A stretch of 64,000 bases of DNA from Callorhinchus milii (GCF_018977255.1 NW_024704743.1:41170001-41234000); one strand, 5' to 3'; positions 13,840 through 28,375 are shown, counted from the stretch's first letter. Notes: a model not told the origin generated them from the sequence alone. Made by a program: numbers and translations.

Positions 13840-14215
13840 GGAAGCAATGGAGATTGAGTTAATCTTGGACGATAAACACAGAAGACTATTCTAATGTGAA
13901 TTAAATATCTGGCATTATCTTCTTTAAGGGATTGGTGAAGTAAATCAAAAACAATATTTTAGAATATACCAAGAAAAAAGTTTAGATTTGCATAGGACAA
14001 TTTCACAAGATACCGGGAGGATAATTAACCTCTGGAACAGATTATCACGCAGAGTTCTTGAGGCCAGGGCTCTGGCATCATTTAGAAAAAAACTTAAAAA
14101 TCAGAAAAACTGTGACAGGAAGACATTAGGTTGGGTGTTCTGGAGGAATGAGATCTAATGGGCCAAAGACCCTATTTCATCCAAACCCAATCTTGTAACC
14201 TTGGGATCTTGTGAT
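13840..14215 (+). mobile_element. Degenerate CR1-type 3' fragment
   Basis: ATAATTAACCTCTGGAACAGATTATCAC...ATGGGCCAAAG...CTTGTGATC tail, shared with 22.6-23.06 kb. Confidence 0.6.
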
Positions 14216-15579
14216 CATTTAAAAAATATAGCAGTCATTATTGTGGTATTCTTAAGCACATTCAAATACTTATTTAGGGTTAAACGTGTTTTAAAATAGT
14301 CCATAACCCTAATTTCTGAATATGGCAGTGCTCAAAACTATTTGAAATTGCGGTGCCATGATCTCAGATTCCTGCTGAGTTGTCGTTAGATTCTCTCCCA
14401 CACACCGTTCAAAATAGCATTCATCCTTTAGTATTTTAACTTTTTAAAAAGTGTACACTTTAATATGGAATGATGACTAAAATCAGCAACATTTGCTTGA
14501 ACCTTACACAATTTATTTTGTGATGAAATTTAGCCAATTAACATATCACAACAATCTGGTGGAATCACAGTTAACAGAATCGTTCGGTAACAGCTCGACT
14601 TACTTTGTCCTGGCTGTGATCTGGAGGATGATGGAAATGCACGCAAGCATTAAATATGCAGCTGTGGTGCTTACCATACCTCTCGGGAGATGATCCTAAT
14701 ACCAGTCTATCCATTTGACAAGAGCTAAAACCTGCTTTTGACAACTGTCTGAGGACCAACCTGTAATGATCCCCTGTGAAGTGGTGGTAAGTCGAGCTCA
14801 TTCCTTGGTTACTTACAATACAATACAAACTTACATTTATACAGCACTATTCCAATCTGGAGGTGTTTACTTATCTGGTGATGGAGGAGCAGATCTGAGC
14901 CAATTCTCTATGATGGACATGATGATTGCAATTCAATATATTCTGCCATACTGCCATATTCAAAGATGCTGATAATAATAATTATTCATGTATTTGAAAG
15001 CATGTTATCAAAATGTCTCAAAGGACTTCACATGAATTGCAGAAAGTGTAGTGACCATGTTCTTTTTGTAGGAGAATACAGCAGCTAATTTGCAATGTCC
15101 GCAAACAGCCATCAAATGAATGGCCAATTTTATCTGGGAGATTGTTGATAAGGAAGTTGTGAGAAACTCCCTTGTCTTTGAACATGATGATTCTTATTCC
15201 GATTGAAGACCCGGCCTTCCTGGGTAATGAGTGGGAATAGGAAAGTAGACACGTAACTGGGGGATGGTATTCCTTCCACTCTGCTTCTGACAACCATGCA
15301 AGCCAATATCTCAATGCCCGCAGAAATCTTGTTGATGCCTCCTACTGTACAATTTGAGGTTTTTTCATTTCAAAGTTCAATTTTTCATCTGAAAGTGCAA
15401 TTTGGACACCCTGATGCTATGACTTCTGCCATCTTGTACCTGTGTCGAAAGTCTGCTTTGGTGAGTTTTCAGCAGCTGGAATTGGAGGCTGATAAGCATA
15501 GCCAGGGCTTTCTATGTATGTCAGGCTCACGGCTTCAGAAAGAAAACATAGCTGGACTGAATAAATAAGCCATCCATTA

Positions 15580-15820
15580 GGAATATAGGAACATAGGAAC
15601 AGAAGTAGGCCATTCAGCCCTTCGAGCCTGTTCCGCCATTTAATTAGATCATGGCTGATTTGTACCTCAATTAATGCTTTCAATTCCAATTTTCTGCTTT
15701 CTCCCCATATTTCTTAATACTATAACGTACCAAAATTCTATGAACTTCACTCTTAAGGTGTGGATGGATCCAGCATCCACGGTCTTTAAGGGGAGAGAAT
15801 TCCAGACTACCACCCTTTGA
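15580..15820 (-). mobile_element. CR1-type 3' end
   Basis: ACATAGGAACAGAAGTAGGCCATTCAGCCCTTCGAGCCTGTTCCGCCATT; homologous to 58770-58935. Confidence 0.8.
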
Positions 15821-18049
15821 GTCTCTGCCCAAAATATTTTACAATGTTAACTGAACATTTTATAAATAAGTTCAGAACACCAACATTCGTAAACTCACTG
15901 AGAAGCAAATGTGTATGCACAACGTCAGAAATAACATCTCCCACCTTCCCCAGCCTGTTTCAAGATAAAAGTTTTATTTTTCCATTTACTCTTATGATAG
16001 GAAAGTATCAATAATTCAGATCATTAAAGTTTTCAATGAAGCTTCAAAACTCAAAGCATGATGAATTCCCTGCTCTATCCCTTTGCCATTTGCCCATCAA
16101 ATGCATAGTCACCCCACTTTACAGTAAATTCTTTGAAGTGCTTTGAGATGTCCTCCTGACGTGAAAGGGGTTACATCAAACGCAAGGATTATTATGATTA
16201 TCTGCTTTGTTTTTTGTCAAAAGCAGGAGTTCTTGTCCTTCTCCGGTGCCGAGGTGGTTCTCTGTGTCACATTACATTGCCACCGTTAAATTATTAGCAA
16301 ATTGCTGATGCATTTATCGGGGATTTGACTGCATGTTCTGGATTGATGGAAATGTCACTTACTGCAAAGCATTAAACTGTATAATACTTTGCTCAGCATT
16401 TCCCTAAACTGTACACTTAAGGAAATGTTCCGTATGTATGAAACTTGATCTACAACGTGCATTTACAACTGTCACAACTTAATCTTATTTTTATATGTGA
16501 AAAAATGTAAGCAGTTGTGTCAATCTCATCAAAGCAGATACATTCAAATACAGGTTTGCAACAAGCAGAACTTTATATCAGAGCTTCCACATCAGGCTAG
16601 GAGTGATGCTTCTGACAGATTACACAGGCAGCACACCATGCATCTGATTTTTTTCAGCAGTGTTTAATTACAGGCATAAATGCCTTCAAAAAGGTATAAT
16701 TTCTCTCTTATTTTTGCGCGTCTCTTATGTTCATCCAGATGGTTAGACAAGGATTGAACCACTTGAGACAGATTCCAGATTCCCATTATTGATACATCAC
16801 AAACTGCTTCACATCCTTGAATGCCACTGAAAATCTTTACAGACTCATAATCTTAGCCGACGCCAGATAACATAAACTGCACCGGTGGATGAATTGTCTC
16901 GCCGTGCTTCTCGTGGCTGCCGGAGACTCACGGCTTTAACACAAGGGAAGTAGCAGTTACGGTATTTGCTATCCCAAACTATACAGAGCATTAGAGAAAG
17001 GAGGTCAGCTGGAGACAGAATAATGTACTCTTAACTGAGCACAGCTCGTATCATATTACATTAACAGCATAGCAAGGGTAAAAGCTTACACTCAGTGCAG
17101 GTCTTATTGCAGATTTCAATCAATAAAATACAAATAACTGCAGTGTAACCTTGAACAGTTTCCTATTTGAGTTTAAAAGATCAACCTGATTACAACAGTA
17201 AACATATAATAGCAAAGGCATGCAGTGACTAAACAAGACATACCTGATATTTCAGGTCACTCCTTATCAATCTCTGGACAGAGCAGCAAGGAAGTGCATG
17301 AAGCATGCCCCTCATTCACAGAAACATATCATATGCAGACAGGTACAAACCACTGGCTTACTGGAAGAGAGAAGCTCTTCCCAGAAATGATACCATCCCT
17401 CACTGTGAATATCCCACATTTACCTTCAGATCAATGCTGCTCTTTGGGAGCTGCTTGAATACATCTGATGGAGACTACTCAAGCAGCCAATTGGTTTCAA
17501 AGATTCCCCAGATGCGCTCTCCAGGGATCTTGATGATATACAATCTCTAAAACTGGTTTGCCCAGTGCTGGCGCTCAGTATACACACACATAGAGATTGC
17601 TGCTTCGCACCACAGATGCTGACAAACCTGTGCAGTAAAATGCGATCCACCCACTGGTCTCTGCATTTCCCCCTGAGACAGCACAGGAAATTAAACTCAT
17701 GTTATCTTCAGCTTTATTCTGAGGTATCTCATGTAAAATTGACAAGATGTGAAGTGTTTTTTTTTGTCTGTGTGATACTTTTGCTCAATAATGATACACA
17801 CAAGGGCTTTGATTGTGCAGTTAAATGCTTTCAAGGGAAATGTCCCGTTTGCCAGCAGATTATTTTACCTATATCGCAGGCACCTTAACTGCGGTCTGTT
17901 CACCACATGCGGATCGCAAACACCAACAGTCCCGAGCCCATGACGACACTTAATAATATGTGTGTGTTCTTAACTGCATAAAGAGCACAATCTGACAAGT
18001 AATGCATTATCAATAGGCACTGTCATTGAATAATAATAATAGCAATAAT

Positions 18050-18462
18050 TTGATATATGTACAAAACCTACCAACCTGGCGGCTCCCTCCACGTAGTGAG
18101 CACCTGCCTGCTTTATGTAACCCACCCTTATCGCCCTACCATCAGTGGGCAAGAGGCCAATCTTTCTACCTTTGGAACTCTATCTGGATATGACTGTTCC
18201 CTCTCCCCTCTGCTCCACCATCAGTGGCCGTGCTTTCACCACTATGTCCGAAACACTGGAACTCTCTCCCTGAATCCCTCTGCCTTGCCCACTCCCTTCC
18301 AATTTTCAAATCCCACTTGAAGACCTTACTTTTTGATTGTACTTATGGCCACCTCCTCACTCCTTTTCCTGCTGATTCGGTGTCAGACTCTGCCACTGTA
18401 AAGCGTTCCGGGATGCTACCCCGCGTGAAGGGTGCTATATGAATGCAAGTTGTTGTTGTTGT
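18050..18462 (+). mobile_element. L2 3' fragment
   Basis: Translation WNSLPESLCLAHSLPIFKSHLKTLLF; tail GGGATGCTACCCCGCGTGAAGGG...(TTG)n. Confidence 0.85.
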
Positions 18463-18464
18463 TC

Positions 18465-18742
18465 ATGGAGGTGCTGTCCTTCAGATGGCACACTAATCCG
18501 AGGCCCCATCTGCCTATTCCAGTGGAAGTTAAAGATCCCATTGCATTGCTCAAAAAGGGATTGGAGTTTCTCCCAATGTCCAACAATCTCAGATAAAATT
18601 GGTCATTCATTTAATGACTGTTTGTGGGACATTAATGTGCCCAAATTAGCTGCTTGTTCACTTACAAATGCAAAGTCACCACATCATATAGTAAATCCCT
18701 TGAAGCACTTTGAAACTTTCAACTATCCAAGGATTATTATTG
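18465..18742 (+). mobile_element. Deu-domain SINE, 5'-truncated
   Basis: GGAGGTGCTGTCCTTCAGATGG...CCGAGGCCCCATCTGCC...AAAGATCCCATTGCA. Confidence 0.75.
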
Positions 18743-19687
18743 TGATTCTCCTTTTACAAATATGGTGTTTTCTCCTTCATTATGAATGTTAGCATAAGAA
18801 GTAGTGTTCAGGGAAATGGTAGGATACATCAGGGAGCAATGCAGCACAGTATATTGTGAATATGCTAGCTCCTTTCATATGTTGTACAATGTTTTAGGAC
18901 CTGGGATCTGCAGGCCCTTGTTCTCTGAGCGTATTTTTCTGCAGTTAGTATTTCTTGAGTTAGACTTTCATTTGTAATTTTTTACCCTCTGGCATCGATT
19001 AACAATTTATATTCTTATGCATGAACACAGCATAATGCAGTAGGGAAAGCAAGTAGAGCATCTTGGGTTGACGTTTATGACTGTAACTTGCTTCTGTGGG
19101 TGGTCGCCATTGTGAAATTAACAATAGTTATGCTGGAAAGATTTAAAGCATTAAATCAAGCCTCATTTCCATTCAATCAAGCTCAGACTTGGTTATTCCC
19201 TGTAAAACTACAACTGCATTCCTTGAAAGCTATATGACTTCTTGTTAGAATATGATCACTTTTATTGATTTAGTTTCTCATGGAGAGACTGGAAAGAACT
19301 GCCATTTTGTTAAAGTTTATATATTTTAGATGTAGTTTGGAGATGGAAATATTCAGAAAGGCCTGAAATTATACAATATGAGCCCCTATTGTAGCTTATA
19401 TATGTTTGTTTTTGATTTCTGATGGAGATTCAGAAATTGTATTGCAGGGCGTCCTCACTGGAGTTTGTGAAGTTTGGTGTCGAGTTATCAGATGGAGAGA
19501 CATTAAATTATATTGTATGAACCATTATTAAAGGCTCATGATGACCAGCCTCACAGAGACCTGAAATGTTATTACAGAGATACATGTGTCCTTTGAACAC
19601 CTTTCAAAGTCAATTTTTCTGTCCTGACTCATGCTGCAGTAATGTATTTGTAACAGCCAAGAAGCTGCAAAGTTGGTTAAATGTTAA

Positions 19688-20011
19688 ATAATAAATAAAT
19701 AATAATCCTTGCATTTGATGTAGTGCTTTTCACACCTTCTAGATGTCTCAAAGCTCTTCACAAAATATACTGTAAAGTGAACTGACCGTATATTTGTGGG
19801 CGAAATGCGGCAGCCAATTGCGCACATCAATGTCCCGCAAACAGTCGTGAATTGAAGTGACCAATTATTATTCATTTATTTATTTTTCTTGAGGGATTAT
19901 TATCAGATGTGTGGAGTAAAGAAACTTACTCAAGGTTTTGTCCTGCTGAGAATCGAACCCAGGTCTCTCGCTTGCAAGGCGACTGCACAAACCACTGAGT
20001 TACAGGACTCC
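19688..20011 (-). mobile_element. tRNA-derived SINE, full length
   Basis: Head, body and tail as in 461-784. Confidence 0.9.
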
Positions 20012-20101
20012 ACAATTGTTCCATAAATGTACCATTTTTCTATCCATGCATAAATAATTCTCCATTTAAATTTTAGCAAAATGGTTTACACTTATTTTGT
20101 A

Positions 20102-20490
20102 TGTCAACCTGGCTCAATTGGTAACACTCGCAACTCAGTGTTAGGTTTGGGACTTTGAACTCAAATATGTCTAAGCTGACACTCCATTGCAATATTATGG
20201 GAGACGTTAAACTGTCTCCCTGTTCAGGAGGATGTTAAAGATCCCATGGCACGATTCAAAAAGAGAAGTGAGTTTCTCCTGGTGTTCTGGCCAATCAATT
20301 CCCCAAATAAAATTGGTCATTCATGTCATAGCTTTTTAATGGAACACTGTTGTGTGTAAGTGGCTGCCGAATTTCGCCCACAAAATATACAGTCAATTCA
20401 CTTTACAGCACATCCTGTAAAACCCTTTGAGATGTCTCAATAACATTGTAAGGCACTATATCAAATACAATAATAATCATTATTATTAAA
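20102..20490 (+). mobile_element. Deu-domain SINE
   Basis: TGTCAACCTGGCTCAATTGGTAAC...GAGACGTTAAAC...AAAGATCCCATGGCAC...CCTGGTGTTCTGGCC. Confidence 0.8.
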
Positions 20491-21269
20491 GCCAATATTA
20501 TTATTATTAATATTTTGGATTTGAAAAGTAAACGCCACTATCTTACCTGACACTTGGTTTCATTTTCAGTATTGTAAGTGTTGCTTGACAAGATAACAGC
20601 TGAATTAAATTGGTGCTCTGATTTTAACTATATTCAAATGATGATTTTCATGAAAGGAATGGAGAAATCCTGTAACACAACTAATATACTGGCAGGATGG
20701 GGAAGGCCCCAACATAATAGTTCTTCCCAAAGGACGAAAGATCTGTCAAAGGTGGAAACATTACACTGAGTTCAACTAACTCGTTGGACCCAAAACCACT
20801 GCAATCATGATTGGATTTGCTGGTCTGCAGAATGTATTGTTTATGTGCTGTTTTACTAGATAGCAGTTTGATACATTGTACCATAAACCATCATTCAAAT
20901 GCTCTAACTGAAATGCTGAGCTTGGTGGATGGTAACTCCAAGGACTGCTCCCAGGTACTTGAGGTCTCCTCATTACGCAGAAATTGTAAGAGGGTGGGGA
21001 GAGGGTGGTGGTGGAAGAGAGCATGGGTTCTCATCTGCAGCCCGGCTTTAGTTATTGACTGTGTTCAACTGCAATTTTCGACTATGTGATAATCATCATG
21101 TCACACATTGCAATTTGCATCCAATCTATTCAGTAATTAGTGAGATCAATGTGCCTAGATGATATATATTCAGAAATATATAGGAATTTCCTTGCATAGG
21201 TCCAATGCACTCTCAGTTTGGTTTGGACAATTTCTCAAAGATGGTGATGTGTACATGTGTCAGACACAA

Positions 21270-21410
21270 ACTGCTGTGCGCAATTGGCTGCCGTGTTTTG
21301 CCCACAAATATATGGTCAATTCACTTTATAGTATATTCTGTGAAGCACTTTGAGACATCGAGAAATGTGAAAAATGCTGTATCAAATGCAAGGATTAGTA
21401 TTATATTATA
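21270..21410 (+). mobile_element. tRNA-SINE 3' part
   Basis: CTGCTGTGCGCAATTGGCTGCC...ATCAAATGCAAGGATTA. Confidence 0.8.
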
Positions 21411-22599
21411 GACATGCAGCAGATCAAAAAAACAAGGAATGAGATTGAATTGAATCTAAAAGGCCAGAATAATTAGAATAAGGCAAATTGGGCTGGTCTT
21501 ATTGCTAAAAATTGCTTGTACGGTTCTCATCTTGAACATTTTTATTGTCATAAAATGGTGTAAAACATGATGATTTCAAGTGGAATTACTTAATAATAAA
21601 TCCAATTCACAAATGGAGACAACATCCAGTTTGTTTAAATGCCTCACACCAACCCATAGGAATTAAAATTCATCTTCTGGAGCAATTTCCTTGGATACAC
21701 TAGATCAGCAATCTGAGATGTGACCTCATGTGAATGATGCTATATTAATGCAAGCTATTGTTGTTGTTGATTTACTTTTTGCTATTGAAAGGAGTTCCCA
21801 TTTGTGGCTTGGAGTCCTTATTAGAAATTCCATTAACCTTTTTGATTACTTCACCCACAAACTAACCTTTAGTGATTTATGTTCATGGATCACTAAGTCC
21901 TTTTTTTACTCCTCCATAGTAGTTCACTGTTTAATATGTTTTCTGACCAGAATTAAGTTATGTTTAATGGCATCTGCCATAGCTCTGCCCACTTGCTTGA
22001 TCTCTACATATACACTGTACATCATTTCTAAATGTACTCTCTTTTTCTTTATTTACTGCATATCCAGATAAGTCATCAAGAAAAATGGAGCTATGCTAAT
22101 ATTTGTTGAAATGTGAGCATTTGTTATTTTTCTTTGTGGATTTGTGAAATATAAGAATGGAAATACAAAGGTAGTAAGTTTGCAACATATTAATTAAGAT
22201 GATTAACGTTACAGCAATATTGCTAATGGTAGCTTCAATTTGAACAACAGTGGCAGGAGGTGAGTAAGTGGTGCTGTTGTCTTTAGATAATCTGAGACCC
22301 TCATCTCATGAGTTGGTTCTCTCAGCGCCTTGCAATTGCTGCCTGCAGCCATCCCACTTGCCATGTTTTTGTATACATTGTTGGGCTGAGTGGTTATCTC
22401 CATCAATAGAGGTCAGAGATTGTTGTTTTGCATGTCTGGCTTGTACAGACATTTCCCAGAGTCCAATATTTCTGTATTAGTATATTGCTATATCAGTCGC
22501 ATTTAGATCCCTGGACTTCACACTCAGACAGTTTGGTGTTGAAATGAAGCCCCACCTTGAGCACTGCACAATTCTATTCACTGCAAAATAAAGAACTGC

Positions 22600-23063
22600 C
22601 TACGCCTTAAAGATAGTGCAGGGAAAGCAAAGGGATGATCCCCAGTATTAGTGGAATGTGCTTTGAGCAAAGTTAGATAAGTTAGGGCTCTTATGTCTTG
22701 AGAGAAGATGACTCAGAGGAGATGTTATGGAGGTGTATGAAATTTTAAATGGGATTGAAAAAGTAAACCCAGATCAATACTATAGGATGCATATCAAGAC
22801 AATAGAAGAAGATGGCCTAGGCTTTCAATTGCAAAGGTTAATTTCACACCAGACCCTAGGGTAAAGGAAGTTTTTCTATACCCAGATAATAATTACCATC
22901 TGGTAGAGGTTACCAGGAAGGGTGGCAAACACCAAGACACTAGATTTATTTTGAAAACAGCTTGATACAGTGATGGGGCGGTAGAGTGAGTATTTTGCAA
23001 GGATGAGATTCGATGGACCAAAGTCCTTTCTTCATCCAACCTTGTGGTCTTGTGATCTTGTGA
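22600..23063 (+). mobile_element. CR1-type LINE 3' fragment
   Basis: GAGAGAAGATGACTCAGAGGAGATGTTATGGAGGTGTATGAAATT (ERR.LRGD..EVY.I) and a (CTTGTGAT)n tail. Confidence 0.8.
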
Positions 23064-24011
23064 TTAACAAACAAAAGCCAGCTATTTTTTGGTAACTTTT
23101 TCTTTCAAAATAACTTTTGGACAGTTCTGGTTCTATGTTGCATCCATAACAGGTTCACAGACAAATATTCATCTCATTCTCCAACATTTCTTAATGGCTT
23201 AGGAAGTCTTGTGTGAGTATCTGCAGAGCTGCAGATCTAAACCCTAAATATGTAAAATAACTTTTTTGGTTGTTGTTATCAAGAATCACATAATTATATT
23301 CTTGATGAAAAACAGCAGCTCAAACAAAATAGACCTTAGTGTGAGATGAATATTGGAATGTTTCTTAACAGATTCAATGCATTGGCTTAACTCAGATCAG
23401 CAACAATGATGGCTGCCCTGACATTTCTTGACTAGGTCTATGGCCTAACCATTGTGTGTTTGGGGGTGGGGGGGGGGGCGGTGGGAATTGCAGAGTTTAC
23501 CTGCGAAAAAACATTGCAATTTTCACCCGAATGTGTCAACAGGTTTGGGAAGAAGCGTAATTAGGTTTGTCCTACTTTCCTGAAGTTCAGCACATTCTCT
23601 TGCAACAGGATTTACTAGATGCCTAAAGAGGAGCTATTTAGTAATCTTTATTGGCTTAGTTATTTACACCAGACATTACAACTTCACTCCAGATGTCAGC
23701 TGACTCAATGCAGACAGGTGAATGAACTCTTTCCTTTGTGCTGCTTAGTTTCACATCATTTAAGTACTGATCTTTTAAAAACTACCCAAGTCTAATTGAA
23801 ATATTGTAGTAGAAAACAAATCTGAGAAATTGTTGTCAGATAATATGCAGATACATACATATGGTACCAACTCATTCTCTTTTTTTACTCTTTGCAGTAT
23901 TTCCTTCTCAGTCTGATGCCTGAAATGCAATTGCATATGTAAAGATTATTGTATAATTTATTTTCTAGTGATAAAAATGAAAGACGGAAACACTGCTTCT
24001 TAGAGATCTGA

Positions 24012-24160
24012 AATAAACATAGAAATTGCTCACAATCCACAGTAGGTCAATCAGTTTGTGGAAGAGAAAGAGGCATTAACATTCCAGTTATGACCCTTCA
24101 TCAGAATCTAGTATAGCTTTCCTGATTGACTTGATTTGAATTTTCAGCATTTCCAATTCC
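24012..24160 (-). mobile_element. Penelope-like terminal repeat fragment with decayed hammerhead core
   Basis: Homologous to 32692-32792 and 62140-62235; minus strand CTGATGA-agggtcataact-GGAA-tgttaa. Confidence 0.5.
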
Positions 24161-25299
24161 TTATGACATTGTTTATTGTTGTATATTTTCTAGGTCCTAC
24201 ATTCTGACTCTATTTGAGTACATTTTGTATCGCCACAGCAATTGATGCTGAGATGAACTCAGTAAAACTTGCTGAGAATTTACATTACCTTGCTTGTTTT
24301 GCTGCAGAGCCTGAGGCTGGACACTGACTAATTACGTATATAAGACAGTTCCTTTTCATTCGCGGCTCAATGCATCAGGGCTATAATGTGTTTCAATATT
24401 GCTCGCCTGGAATTTCATTCTGAATCAGCCTATGCAAAATGTGATGTTTTCATAGAACCATAGAAAATGTGTAGCACAGAAGGATGCTGGTTTGCCCATT
24501 GTGCCAGTGCTGGCTCACTGAAAGAGTAGTCCGTTGAGCCTGATTTTGCTGCTATTTATCCATACCCTTTTATACATTTCTGAAAATGTTTTTTTATTTG
24601 TTTGATTTGATAGTCTACGGTGCCACTCCAGTCCAGTGCTGGGGGATACTCTGGATTATTGGAATCGCCGTCTTTTGGATGAAATGTTAAACCAAGCAGC
24701 CTTCTGCTAGTTCATTATTCAAAAAAGTAGAGAGTTTCTTATAATTTCTGTGTCATTGATCATTCACATCATACTTTGTGTGTGGCATTATTGTGTGGAA
24801 ATTCCCTCCTGATCCACAGTCAATGCCATTTACAGCAAATCTATTGAAGTGTTTTGAGACATTTCACCAATGTGACAGTCATCTAACAAACCTAAGGATT
24901 ATTATGTTTCCCTTTTAAAAACAAGTAATACAGATTTTGCTTCAAGAATGGTTCTAAGTGGAGCATTTTCCATCCTAATAATCTTCTACAAAAAAAACTT
25001 TCCTCTTACTTTGCTCTTTCACCTTACAACTGTGCTCCAGTTATTGACTCACCGACCAGTGAAAATAATTCCATGTTACGACTTAACCTTACAGAAAATT
25101 CTGTGTACGGAACTGCTATATAAATGTAATTTTGTTGTTGATGTTTTGATGTTATAGTTGATACCTCAAATGGACAAATTATTATTTTGTTATTATCATT
25201 GATTTAGATGTACTTTCCATAGCTACATGTCTAGAGTTTTTTCACTGAGTGCCTACTTAACTCTTTGCATCTGTGTACGCTCCATCCACAGTTTTGTAA

Positions 25300-26440
25300 T
25301 TACAGTTTAAAGTCAATAATTATATTATCCTTGGCTTCCAGTGTTTTAAATCCTTTATTATATCCCCTCTCAATCTTCTTTTCAGCAATAAGACCGAGTT
25401 CAATTATTCAGCTTCTTTGTATAACTTTGGGTTAAGTCCCTATATTATCATTGATGCTCTTACCTGAGGCTTTTGCAATGCATCAGTGTCATTCTGTTAA
25501 TTGTGTTTGAAATTACATAAAGTGTTCCAGTGAGTAATGTCAGATGAGATAACCAGTTTTGATTTTGTAATCATTTCCCAATGTGAAAGGTGCTATTCAA
25601 ATGTAATTTGTTGTTGTTGAATCACATATTCTCAAAATGCATTCCAGAACTAGTTTTGCTCTGTTGATAGTAGCTTTGATTAAAGGGATATATTCAGACA
25701 ATGGTCAATAACCATAGTTAGGTATTTGCTTTTCTATCATTGTAAATAGACATTCCACCATTGTTTTATGTACCAATGTGCATTATTATATTTTACCATA
25801 AATGTTTCTGCATTGAATTCTGTTTACCAGTCTTCATTGAATGAGCACTATCTCCGTTTACCTGCTTGCATAGCTTATTATCATGAGCAAATTTGATAAT
25901 GTCACAGTCACATCCTCCAGATCATTCATGAATAATGTGAACAGCCACGGACACAGAACAGGATTCTGTTGATTGGTGCTAATCACTGTCCCTCAGACAG
26001 ATTTTGTTGATTTATTGTCACATTCTGCTTATTTCACCAAGTGATTTCCTAATTAAGCTGACTGATCTGCCATTCATTCAGTCACTTTCAGAAGATAGAG
26101 ATCTGCACCCAATAGTGCAACATGCCACACAGAGAAGAAGGACAGTTTGTGATATATGAAAGGCTTCTCCAGCTTTCTGCTCAAAACAGTGTAAAATGCC
26201 AATAATGAAGGCAAACAGGATGATGGCCTGTATTGCTATATCAGTTGAAATATACTGAGCTTGTGAGCAGTGCTACCCTTCTGAAGCTCATAGATCATAA
26301 CTGATCCTTGTATAGTCCAATAATGGAATTCCAGACAGAAACACTTCACAAGATCATATGATTGGTCTGGATGAAGAAGGCCCTTTGGCCAATCCAGTAT
26401 CATTCCTCAAGAATAGCCACCTTAACATAACTTCAATACT
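25300..26440 (-). mobile_element. Highly degenerate CR1-type fragments
   Basis: TATATCCCCTCTCAATCTTCTT, TCATGAGCAAATTTG (KFA.D) and GATGAAGAAGGCCCTTTGGCC-type CR1 motifs on the minus strand. Confidence 0.55.
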
Positions 26441-26494
26441 GCATCAAGCTGCTTTTCAAATAAATGGGCCTTGTGTCCTGGCCTTTACCAACTT

Positions 26495-28375
26495 TACCAC
26501 AAACCATCTCCTCCATCCACCCTCCCATAGCTCGCCCATCCTTTCCTCAAACTCCAACTGTGAGGAGATGCTGGAATTCCTCAAATCCAAAATCGAGAGG
26601 ATACGTTCAGCCACCTCTACCCCGTCCACAGCCACCCCCACATCACCTCTCCCTCATGACACACACTCCACCCATCCTGCCCTATATTCCTTCGACCCTA
26701 TCTCTCCCTCATCCTTCACCACGACTGTCCGCAAACTCAAACCCACCACATGTTCCCTCGATCGCATCCCCACCTCTCTCCTCATCTACCAGCTCCACCT
26801 TCTTGCCCCTCTCCTGTCCGATGTCATCAACCTCTCCTTGTCCACCAGTTCAGTTTCCACCCCCTAAAAACAGCCGCCATCACCCCCATCTTGAAAAAGC
26901 CTTCCCTGGACCCATCCCTTCTCTCCAGCTACCGCCCCATCTCTAACCTCCCATTCATCTCCAAGGTCCTGGAATGAGTCATCATGTCCCAGCTCCGCTC
27001 CTTTCTTTCTCATCATTCCCTCTTTGAACCCCTTCAATCCGGCTTCCGTGCCTCCCACAGCACGGAAACAGCCCTGGTCAAAGTCACTAATGACATTCTG
27101 AACATCTGTGATCTGGGCTCCCTCTGCCTCCTTGTCCTCCTTGACCTCTTTCCCGCCTTTGACACTATCGATTCTATCCTCATACATCGCCTCTCCTCTT
27201 TACGTTTACTCTTTACTTTCATGGATCTGCCCTTGCCTGGTTTGATTCCTATCTCTCTCACTGTCTCCACTTTGTTGCCTCTAACGGTTTCTCCTCCAGT
27301 CCCTGCACTGTCACGTCTGGCGTCCCCCAGGGCTCTGTCCTTGGCCCTCTCCTCTTTAATATCTATATGCTCCCCCTTGGTTACATCATCCACAGACATG
27401 GGGTCAACTTCCATATGCGGATGATACACAACTTTCTGCCTCCATCCTCAACTCCAGGACCACTGCTGTCCTGACAGACTGCCTGTTGGACATCAATCCT
27501 GGATGAGGGGAAATTTCCTATAGTTGAATGTGAACAAGACTGAGGCCCTCATGATTGGCTCACGCCAGCGCCTCAGCACCTCAGGCTCTGGCAATATCAA
27601 CCTCCAGGGTTGCACACTACAATTCACCAAGCCAGTCAGGAACCTCGGTGTCTTGTTCGACCCTCAACTGTCTTTTCTTCCCCACATCCAAGCCATGACC
27701 GGCTCTGTTTTCCCTCACCTCCGTAACATCGCCTGACTCTGCCACTACCTCAACCCTCAGGCCATTGAAACTCTTGTTCATGCCTTCATCACCTCCAGGC
27801 TCAACTATGCAAATGCCCTGCTTGTCGGCCTTCCCAACTCCTCCCTCCACAGGCTGCAGATAATCCAGAACTCTGCAGCCCGTATCCTCTCCCGCACCAA
27901 ACTCCTTGACCCCATCTCCCCCATTCTCGCCCGACTCCATTGGCTCCCTATCCTTCAGAGGATCCAGTTCAAGATCCTGGTCCTCAGCTACAAAGCCCTC
28001 CATGGCCTCACCCCACCCTACCTCTGCAACCTCCTAAAACCCTACCAACCCGCCTGCTCCCTCCGCTCAGCCGGCTCCGGCCTGCTCCACGTCCCCCGAC
28101 CCACCCGCCCTACCATTGGCGGGAGAGCCTTCAGCCACTCTGCCCCCAACCTCTGGAATTCTATTCCGCAGTGACTCCACCTCACCCCCTCCTTAGCCTC
28201 CTTCAAGTCCTGCCTCCAGACCCTTCTATTCAACCATGCCATCGGCCACCCCCCTTCCCATCCCTTCTCCCCCCCTGACCCCAGCTCGGGTCTGAAATGC
28301 TGTGCACTTTCCAGCACTTTGGGACATCCTCCCGACATGAAAGGCACTATACAAATGTAATCTTGTTCTTGTTGT
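26495..28375 (+). mobile_element. L2 LINE, ~1.9 kb, 5'-truncated, frameshifted RT
   Basis: Collinear with the 42.4-44.5 kb copy ([46 protein letters not shown]) with several stops and frameshifts; L2 tail. Confidence 0.95.
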
